DNA of 24,000 bases from Bacillus sp. FJAT-49736 (lineage in GTDB: Bacteria; Bacillota; Bacilli; Bacillales; Bacillaceae_C), in the NCBI RefSeq assembly GCF_018343615.1, contig NZ_JAGYPI010000002.1, forward strand, positions 57,562-81,561. The letters run 5' to 3'. A program made the translations under genes and the position numbers. Every line of letters begins with the position of its first letter. Within the stretch, counting starts at the first letter, position 1. Below are positions 9,260-15,547 of the stretch, in pieces. The notes beneath the pieces are model-generated. The model saw nothing but the letters and a program-made list of their open reading frames with translations. It ran no database searches and was not told the origin of the DNA.

Positions 9260-9558
9260 TTTTGATTTTTTCCTTTCTCCTTCTATAAGATTGGATATAG
9301 GTGTCGAAAACTTTCGTACATTTCTTCTTTTAACTACAGATTATTTATTTATCTATTAAATAATTCTACTAAGTTACCATACTTTTTTATTGACATTTTG
9401 TCAACATTCAACGGATTTTGAAAATAAACAGCAAAAAGCCTAACAAATCGATGCGCCCTATTTATAGGACAAGCATTGAATCTTGTAATAATATTTTATT
9501 GTCATACAGAACTTGTTAATATCGTAAAATATAAAGACGGAAATTCTACCAGACTTAT

Positions 9559-10191
9559 TTAGAAAAAGGCTGTGAATGCAATGATTAAAATAATCACTCC
9601 ACTTACAATTGCTCCAAATTGGCCCACTGTAAAGGAACCAATCCGAATATCTGCCACTCTGCTTCCTAGCTTCACCCCTGCCCAAACACTTAAAAAGCTT
9701 CCTATTGCCGCAGTTATGGAAATAGCTAAAGGGGACAAACCAAGCAATCCTGCACCCAGGCCATTCGTGAGGGCATTGGCGGAAAGTGCTACTCCAAGAA
9801 AAGAAGCTTCTATCCAATTAATTTCTCCAGAATGGTCCATATCAGCAACCTCTGGATTTTTTAGAATACCCTTCAGACTCTTAGACTGTCTTTCTTGCAT
9901 TTTGTCTGTTTGAGAGGCACCATTTCTCCGTGGAACGGCTAATAAAATAATCCTTATACCGATGATAAACAAGAGAACTGCTCCAATGACTACTGGAAAC
10001 ACTCCTGGAATCACTTTCGATAGCCACATTCCAAATGTAATGCCTCCCATACTCAAGAGGAAACAAATGAGAGAAATCAGCGTATTTGCCCACAGCCCTA
10101 TTCGTATTTTCCGAATACCGTATGAAATTCCGACACCTAAATTATCTATACTTGATGAAGCCGCAAAGGCTAATATCATAATCCAAATCAA
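9559..10191 (-). CDS. ytaF: Sporulation membrane protein YtaF (MntP/DUF204-like)
   Basis: Likely starts at TTG (complement of 10189-10191) after AAGGAG. Gives MIWIMILAFAASSSIDNLGVGISYGIRKIRI...ADMDHSGEINWIEASFLGVALSANALTNGLGAGLLG. The track ORF extends to 10248 without an SD. Confidence 0.85.
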   Translation of the reverse strand: MIWIMILAFAASSSIDNLGVGISYGIRKIRIGLWANTLISLICFLLSMGGITFGMWLSKVIPGVFPVVIGAVLLFIIGIRIILLAVPRRNGASQTDKMQERQSKSLKGILKNPEVADMDHSGEINWIEASFLGVALSANALTNGLGAGLLGLSPLAISITAAIGSFLSVWAGVKLGSRVADIRIGSFTVGQFGAIVSGVIILIIAFTAFF

Positions 10192-10313
10192 TGTAGAACA
10201 CTCCTTCATTTTTTTACATTGTATTGAGCAAATTGACAGAAAGTGCACGTCTATCCCAATAATGTTGAGAAAATCTCAACACCTTTTAAATAATTACAAA
10301 GGAGTGATTCCAT

Positions 10314-10973
10314 ATGACCGAAAAAAGAAAAGGTGAGAATCAATTTGGAAAGTTATTGAAGGATTTACTAAAGGAGTGCTCTCTTTCTATGAGGAAACTC
10401 AGTCAGCTTACTGGGATCGATACAGCGACTATTTCACGGATTGCTAACCAAAAACAACAGCCCAAGCCTACACATTTACAGCAATTCGCCTTTCATCTAC
10501 AAGTACCGTTATCTACACTTATGAATGCGGCAGGGTACAGTCAAGATCAGCTTGAAGACAGGCAATCCGATTTATTTCGTTCGCTTGAATCGATTCAAGA
10601 TATACTCGTTTCATCCGATTTATTGGAACACCAGTTTACTATAGAAAAAATACATCAGGAATTGGCAAAATATGAGCATTACGCTCTTACTTCCGAAGGA
10701 AAGTCAACGATACTGAAGGAATTCGAACAAAAAGTAGAACAGGTTAAAGGTGCAGGACCTTTTATTGATGAACTGAAGGTTATGTACAAGAACTATTGTG
10801 CTGATACACAATCCATTGAAAGAAGGAGAATTCTTGGGAGTGTTCTATTATATTTTATTCTATCAACGGATATTATACCTGATTATGTGTTTCCATTTGG
10901 ATATGTAGATGATTGTCTAGCGGTTCAAATAGGCTTGGAGAGACTTTCAAAACTAGAGGGAAATAATGTATAA
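10314..10973 (+). CDS. XRE-family HTH protein with C-terminal DUF1232 (YkvA-like) domain, paralogue 2
   Basis: 219 aa. LSMRKLSQLTGIDTATISRIANQKQQPKPTHLQQFAFHLQV...YFILSTDIIPDYVFPFGYVDDCLAVQI, co-linear with 8612..9259. Confidence 0.85.
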   Translation: MTEKRKGENQFGKLLKDLLKECSLSMRKLSQLTGIDTATISRIANQKQQPKPTHLQQFAFHLQVPLSTLMNAAGYSQDQLEDRQSDLFRSLESIQDILVSSDLLEHQFTIEKIHQELAKYEHYALTSEGKSTILKEFEQKVEQVKGAGPFIDELKVMYKNYCADTQSIERRRILGSVLLYFILSTDIIPDYVFPFGYVDDCLAVQIGLERLSKLEGNNV

Positions 10974-10974
10974 T

Positions 10975-11021
10975 CCAATAACCCGCCATCCTTTAATAGC
11001 TCAAAAAAAGGCGGGCATTGG
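10975..11021. terminator. Possible terminator downstream of the HTH-DUF1232 gene
   Basis: CCAATAACCCGCC ... GGCGGGCATTGG imperfect inverted repeat with no strong T tract. Confidence 0.35.
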
Positions 11022-11029
11022 TGTTAGCT

Positions 11030-12373
11030 TTATATATGAAGCAATATTTTGGCCAAGGAAAAGTACAGAATGAGACCTGTTCCATCGACTAAAGTAGTAA
11101 TGAATGGCCCAGAAACGACAGCCGGGTCAATTTTTAATTTGTGCAAAATCATCGGTAGTACAGCCGCAACCATTGATGCCCAGATGACGATGAATAGTGC
11201 TGATATGGCGACAACAGAGCTGATATGAATACTAACCCCAAGGAAAAAGGCACGAATAATTGCAACAATTCCCATTGATATCCCTAAGAAAACACCTGTA
11301 GATACTTCCTTTCGAAATACTCTAAACATGTCCTTGAACTGCACTTCACCGACAGCCAATGCCCGAACTAACGTGGTAACGGTTTGAGATCCTGTATTCC
11401 CACCTGTTCCTATTAGTAATGGTACAAAAAAAGACAATGCAATTTGCTTTGAAAGCGTGTCTTCATAATGTCTTAATACTGTTCCTGTATAAGCTTCTGC
11501 TATAAACAATACTAATAACCAGCCAATTCTTTTTCTATATAGATTCCAAATAGAATTTTTAAAATACGGCTCATCTAGCGGCTGACTTCCTCCTAGCTTT
11601 TGAAAATCCTCCGTTGCCTCCTCATGAATAACATCAATAAGATCATCTACCGTAAGTATTCCAATCATCCTTTGATCTTGTGTTATAACCGGAATAGCTA
11701 CAAGATCGTATTTACTCAGAACCTCTGCCGCTTCCTGCTGATCGGCATGAACCAAAACGGAAATAGTATCACCTTGAATTATTTCTTCTAATCTTGTACC
11801 CGATTTTGCTAAAATGATTTCTTTTAAGGAAACGACTCCAACTAGTTCACCGCGGCTCCCCAGTACATATATATAAGAAACAATTTCAGCCTCCTTGCCC
11901 ACCTTTCTTATATGCTGTAATGTTTGATCAACCGTCCAATTAATTCGGGCAGCAATATAATCTACGGTTGCAAGTCTCCCTGCCGTATTTGATTCATAGC
12001 TCATTAGTATATTTATTTTTGCCCGATAATCATCAGGCAAAAAGTCCATTAATCTCTTAGCCTGATGTGGATGAATGGATAAAAGCAAATTTACGATAGT
12101 ATCACTAGACATTTCATTTAATAATGAGGAAGTGAAATTATCCTTAATATGATGTAAGACCTTATATTGCAGTTCCGGTTCTATATATTCAAGGATTTCA
12201 GCACCTAATTGAATTGGCAATAAGGAAATAAATAATAATTGCTCTTCTTTTTCTAACTCAACCAACATCTCTGCAATATCGAAAGGTTGAAAATGGGATA
12301 CGAAATCATTTATCTGATCCAGATTCTGTTCATTTAGAAGTTGTTTGATTTCTTGAATGTTGTTTTGTTCCAT
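11030..12373 (-). CDS. mgtE: Magnesium transporter MgtE
   Basis: 447 aa. Superhelical N domain (HPHQAKRLMDFLPDDYRAKI), two CBS motifs, C-terminal TM domain PLLIGTGGNTGSQTVTTLVRALAVGEV. Confidence 0.97.
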   Translation of the reverse strand: MEQNNIQEIKQLLNEQNLDQINDFVSHFQPFDIAEMLVELEKEEQLLFISLLPIQLGAEILEYIEPELQYKVLHHIKDNFTSSLLNEMSSDTIVNLLLSIHPHQAKRLMDFLPDDYRAKINILMSYESNTAGRLATVDYIAARINWTVDQTLQHIRKVGKEAEIVSYIYVLGSRGELVGVVSLKEIILAKSGTRLEEIIQGDTISVLVHADQQEAAEVLSKYDLVAIPVITQDQRMIGILTVDDLIDVIHEEATEDFQKLGGSQPLDEPYFKNSIWNLYRKRIGWLLVLFIAEAYTGTVLRHYEDTLSKQIALSFFVPLLIGTGGNTGSQTVTTLVRALAVGEVQFKDMFRVFRKEVSTGVFLGISMGIVAIIRAFFLGVSIHISSVVAISALFIVIWASMVAAVLPMILHKLKIDPAVVSGPFITTLVDGTGLILYFSLAKILLHI

Positions 12374-12383
12374 GACCTTTCCT

Positions 12384-12456
12384 CCTTATGATGCAAGGAA
12401 TAAGGGGTTCTGCAAGCCGTTAGACAAAGACTGATACAACTTTCTTATTCCTGCAT
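12384..12456 (-). promoter_or_regulatory. Putative alternative-helix translational switch at the mgtE ribosome binding site
   Basis: Helix A pairs RNA AUGCAGGAAUAAG (12456-12444) with CUUAUUCCUUGCAU (12404-12391), with one bulge. Helix B pairs CCUUAU (12405-12400) with AUAAGG (12389-12384), masking the SD. They share the CUUAU segment and cannot coexist. Confidence 0.45.
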
Positions 12457-12499
12457 AGTTTGTTTCATAAACATATTTTGTACTCGGGTCCTCGTCCAT
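12386..12499 (-). CDS. Small leader ORF (37 aa) immediately upstream of mgtE
   Basis: ATG preceded by GGAGGTG with good spacing. MDEDPSTKYVYETNYAGIRKLYQSLSNGLQNPLFLAS*. The stop (TAA) abuts the mgtE SD (TAAGGAGGAAAGGTCATGG). Not in the supplied ORF track. Confidence 0.6.
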   Translation of the reverse strand: MDEDPSTKYVYETNYAGIRKLYQSLSNGLQNPLFLAS

Positions 12500-12606
12500 C
12501 GACGTCACCTCCAGATTACGGAATATACATTCGTTATAAAACATCTAAACTAGTAGTACTCTATGTTGAAAGTTGGTTCATTCCTGTACAAAAGACCATA
12601 CTAAAC

Positions 12607-12650
12607 AAAAAAAATAGCCTTTATTTCTCAGACATAAGGAAATAAAGGCT
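12607..12650 (-). terminator. Riboswitch-linked Rho-independent terminator
   Basis: Perfect 12-bp stem AGCCTTTATTTC / GAAATAAAGGCT with an 11-nt loop. On the minus strand it is followed by A then TTTTTTTT. Located between the M-box aptamer and mgtE. Confidence 0.9.
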
Positions 12651-12708
12651 TTGTTCGTAAAACTATTAACCATGACAGACTGCACAAGAAATCAGCTTTA
12701 ACTAGCAC

Positions 12709-12880
12709 ACTCTGTTTCCCTCGCTTGAGCTTTAGCACTGTATAGCATAGGTAAACAATACCAGCTACATTAAGAAAGACCTTATTCCGATCCTTCCTGT
12801 TGACCCATTGGCGTCTCTCGACATTTTTGGGCAGCAGCATATCTCTATACAGGAGCCTCACCTAACAGAATACATAGAGT
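12709..12880 (-). ncRNA. M-box (ykoK leader) magnesium riboswitch aptamer
   Basis: Minus strand reads ...GTTAGGTGAGGCTCCTGTATAGAGATATGCTGCTGCCCAAAAATGTCGAGAGACGCCAATGGGTCAACAGGAAGGATCGG...ACCTATGCTATACAGTGCTAAAGCTC..., the conserved M-box core. Outer ACTCT/AGAGT can close P1. Confidence 0.93.
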
Positions 12881-12969
12881 AATATTAAACTATTTATAAT
12901 ATATTTTTATTTTGACAAATTGTCAACGAAATATAGAGGAGTTAACTGTGTTTTTTAGCTTATAAATAT

Positions 12970-13440
12970 TCAGTATTTCATTAACAAAGCATTCTGAACA
13001 TTTTGCGCATCCTTCTCTAATATTTTTTGTAAATTAAGTGCTGGGTAAAGGCTATTATTATTCATGTATTCAAAAATCCTCGAATGCCAGCTAATAACGA
13101 TATTAAGATGGCGATGAAAAACAGAACGCAATTCCGACGGGGTTGTTTCCGCTATAGCACTTGCATACATTTTAATGGAAGTTTTTGCCGCTCCTAATAA
13201 ATCCCCTGCAAAAAAGTGCGGCTCATTTCTTCGGCGGCTATATTCATTCGGTGTATTTGCAGTATAAGGCAATAAATCCTTTAAATTCTTTTCCACTAAT
13301 TTTATCGAGTAAAGATATAAATCATGGAGTTCATGGTCAATTACTTTTCGGACAGACATTTTTAATTGAATTAAACAGTTTGCCTGGAATGTTAATAATT
13401 CATGGAGCTCCAATGATTCATGCCATGCCAACTGATTCAT
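12970..13440 (-). CDS. Spore coat protein-like (COG5577/CotF-like family)
   Basis: 156 aa. NQLAWHESLELHELLTFQANCLIQLK...FFAGDLLGAAKTSIKMYASAIAETTPSELR...NNNSLYPALNLQKILEKD, as seen in Bacillus coat-like proteins. Confidence 0.7.
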   Translation of the reverse strand: MNQLAWHESLELHELLTFQANCLIQLKMSVRKVIDHELHDLYLYSIKLVEKNLKDLLPYTANTPNEYSRRRNEPHFFAGDLLGAAKTSIKMYASAIAETTPSELRSVFHRHLNIVISWHSRIFEYMNNNSLYPALNLQKILEKDAQNVQNALLMKY

Positions 13441-13625
13441 GCAAGTTACTCCCTTTTAATTTTTTATGTATCATATGCCCATTAAATCTTTTTTGCAGTT
13501 TGTCCAATGAACTTTAGGAGAGTAGTTAGGCAGCTGCCTTTTTGAAGTGGTCCTATTAAACATTCTCCATGTAACGGAATATAAAGAGAGTAGGGAAACA
13601 TGCCCTTTTAATAAACGGACAGCAT

Positions 13626-13651
13626 GTGTAATTTTATATACTTTTGGGTAT
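13626..13651 (+). promoter_or_regulatory. SigB-type promoter
   Basis: GTGTAA-N14-GGGTAT, close to the B. subtilis general stress consensus GTTTAA-N12-15-GGGTAT. Located 31 nt upstream of the small membrane protein start. Confidence 0.65.
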
Positions 13652-13682
13652 TGTAACCATAAAGAGAAAGGAGTTTTGAGAT

Positions 13683-13829
13683 ATGCTTTGGACCATAATA
13701 ATTATATTAATTATTTTATGGGTTCTCGGATTAATAGGTCATATTGCAGGTGGCCTCATTCATCTGCTGCTTATCATTGCGGTAGTTCTCATTATTTTGA
13801 AACTGATAAGAAGAATAGGTAGAAGATAG
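13683..13829 (+). CDS. lmo0937-like small membrane protein (48 aa)
   Basis: AAAGGAG then ATG. MLWTIIIILIILWVLGLIGHIAGGLIHLLLIIAVVLIILKLIRRIGRR. Not in the supplied ORF track. Confidence 0.8.
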   Translation: MLWTIIIILIILWVLGLIGHIAGGLIHLLLIIAVVLIILKLIRRIGRR

Positions 13830-13832
13830 AGG

Positions 13833-13861
13833 AAAAAGCCGTTTCAAGCAAACGGCTTTTT
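13833..13861. terminator. Bidirectional terminator
   Basis: AAAAAGCCGTTT-CAAGC-AAACGGCTTTTT, between converging genes. Confidence 0.9.
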
Positions 13862-13863
13862 CT

Positions 13864-14739
13864 TTATAAAAGTTCAATATCTAAGGCTTTTGCAATTTCT
13901 ATTCTATAGGAGTCCAGCTGCTCGATTGGCTTAAAATTAGCAAGCATTCCTTGAAAAATATACTTTTTTATTTCCTTTTTGTTATTTTCCTCCATTAAAT
14001 AATGGATGACATTCCGAAGTTCTTCTCTCTTCCCTTCAGCAATATCCAAGGACTCAAGCGTATCTTTCATAGCGCTTAAATTTTCTAATACTATTTGGCG
14101 ATTAGTCATTAGGCTTGACGTGTATTTAGTAAACTGACCTTTCGATAGAAGCGGATCTTTTCCACCCTTTTTTAATCCTTCTACAATATCATCAATTCGT
14201 TCCATTATAAAACTAGCCATTCTATCGGGATCCAGTACCACTCCATCAAATACAGTGATTTTCATATATGCATTCCTAATTCCCATACAAATTAGCACTA
14301 AATCACTTATATATGGTCGGAGATCTTCACCATAGGAGTCCATGAGTAGCGCTTCTTCCTTTTCCAGCATCCGAAATGCGTGTTCATTAAGGAGGTTCCG
14401 CAATTCTTCATTAATAGACTGATTTTGTTCCCGAAAATACATCACGATAAAATCCCTATGCTTCATAAAATATTTGAATTGCAGCTGAATTCTATTTTTG
14501 TATTTTTCCCTTGATGTAATACTAAGACTATCAATCTCAAGGATCTTATTGTTTAATTTTTCATGATAATGTTTAAAAATATCAATAAGGAGCTCCTCTT
14601 TAGAGGAAAAATAATTATAAAATGCTCCTTTCGATATTCCATAGCTGCTTACAATATCTTGCACAGATGTGGCTTGAAATCCTTTATCTGCGAATAGCTT
14701 TATCGCTGTTTCTATTAGTTCCTTCCTTTTCTGCTTCAT
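13864..14739 (-). CDS. TetR/AcrR family transcriptional regulator (YerO-like)
   Basis: 291 aa. ETAIKLFADKGFQATSVQDIVSSYGISKGAFYNYFSSKEELLIDIFKHY. Adjacent to a SwrC/YerP-type pump. Confidence 0.88.
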   Translation of the reverse strand: MKQKRKELIETAIKLFADKGFQATSVQDIVSSYGISKGAFYNYFSSKEELLIDIFKHYHEKLNNKILEIDSLSITSREKYKNRIQLQFKYFMKHRDFIVMYFREQNQSINEELRNLLNEHAFRMLEKEEALLMDSYGEDLRPYISDLVLICMGIRNAYMKITVFDGVVLDPDRMASFIMERIDDIVEGLKKGGKDPLLSKGQFTKYTSSLMTNRQIVLENLSAMKDTLESLDIAEGKREELRNVIHYLMEENNKKEIKKYIFQGMLANFKPIEQLDSYRIEIAKALDIELL

Positions 14740-14767
14740 AATGGTCCCCTCTTTTAGTTCCTGCTAA

Positions 14768-15406
14768 TTATAGTGGTAGAAAAATCGAATCCCTAGTTGA
14801 TTCAATGATATTTACCTCATCCCTAATTCCTTTCATCTTTTCATCCAGCATTTTCACACTATCGGCAGCTTCCTTTAATTCATCCTTTAAATACTGGGGA
14901 ATATCACGATTGTATTTATAGAAAATCTTATGCTCGAGACTCGCCCAAAAATCCATCGCTAATGTTCTTAACTGAATTTCCGCGTAAACATGCTCCACCC
15001 TATGTGTAAGCTGAACAGGGATTTGCACAATGAGATGCAAGCTTTGATAGCCATTCGGCTTTGGATTTTTAATATAGTCTTTTACCTCTGTCACCTTTAA
15101 ATCTTTTCTTTTTAAAAATAAGTTATAAATCTCATAAATATCAGAAACAAACGAACAAACAATTCTTACACCAACGATATCAAAAAGATGCTTCTTGGCA
15201 TTTTCTAATGTTTGATCCAGATTCTTACGCTTTAATTTCTCCAGAATGCTTGGTGGTGTTTTTATTCTTGTTTTAATATGCTCTATGGAATTATTTTCCC
15301 CCATTAAAAAGGCTTCTTCGACCATTATATTAATTTTAGTTTTTATTTCATCCAGTCCAAATTTATATGGAAGAATAAATTCCTTCCATTGATTTGTATC
15401 GTACAT
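14768..15406 (-). CDS. Small alarmone synthetase, (p)ppGpp synthetase domain only (YwaC/RelP-like)
   Basis: 212 aa. NSIEHIKTRIKTPPSILEKLKRKN...HLFDIVGVRIVCSFVSDIY...VKDYIKNPKPNGYQSLHLIV...VYAEIQLRTLAMDFWASLEHKIFYKY; no HD hydrolase domain. Confidence 0.92.
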   Translation of the reverse strand: MYDTNQWKEFILPYKFGLDEIKTKINIMVEEAFLMGENNSIEHIKTRIKTPPSILEKLKRKNLDQTLENAKKHLFDIVGVRIVCSFVSDIYEIYNLFLKRKDLKVTEVKDYIKNPKPNGYQSLHLIVQIPVQLTHRVEHVYAEIQLRTLAMDFWASLEHKIFYKYNRDIPQYLKDELKEAADSVKMLDEKMKGIRDEVNIIESTRDSIFLPL

Positions 15407-15470
15407 TTAAATTCTCCTTTATAGTTCATACTGTATATTATAAAAGTTTCCATTTTAACAGAACTTTCAC

Positions 15471-15499
15471 TTGATAATGTATGACCAGTCATTTATATT
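15471..15499 (+). promoter_or_regulatory. Candidate promoter for the RND pump
   Basis: TTGATA-N17-TATATT, with an operator-like TGACCAGTCA inside the spacer. Confidence 0.5.
15482..15491. promoter_or_regulatory. Operator-like box 1 (TGACCAGTCA)
   Basis: Palindromic TGAC-NN-GTCA in the divergent intergenic region. Confidence 0.5.
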
Positions 15500-15510
15500 A
15501 TAATTTGATA

Positions 15511-15520
15511 TGACTAGTCG
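15511..15520. promoter_or_regulatory. Operator-like box 2 (TGACTAGTCG, followed by GTCA)
   Basis: Matches box 1 at TGACNAGTC; centre-to-centre distance 29 bp. Confidence 0.5.
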
Positions 15521-15547
15521 GTCAACCTTATGAAGGAGCGATACAAT

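Noticed and set aside
9458-9817. 119-aa minus-strand ORF, and similar 9881..10093 and 9962..10336
   Set aside because: Alternate-frame readings of the ytaF coding region and its upstream region.
12628-12861. 77-aa minus-strand ORF in the track
   Set aside because: It lies on the M-box riboswitch and its terminator; sequence constraint there is RNA-structural and the peptide (MRLLYRDMLLPKNVERRQW...) has no family features.
13547-13822. 91-aa plus-strand ORF
   Set aside because: Overlaps the SigB-like promoter and the real 48-aa membrane mini-gene in another frame, with no SD.
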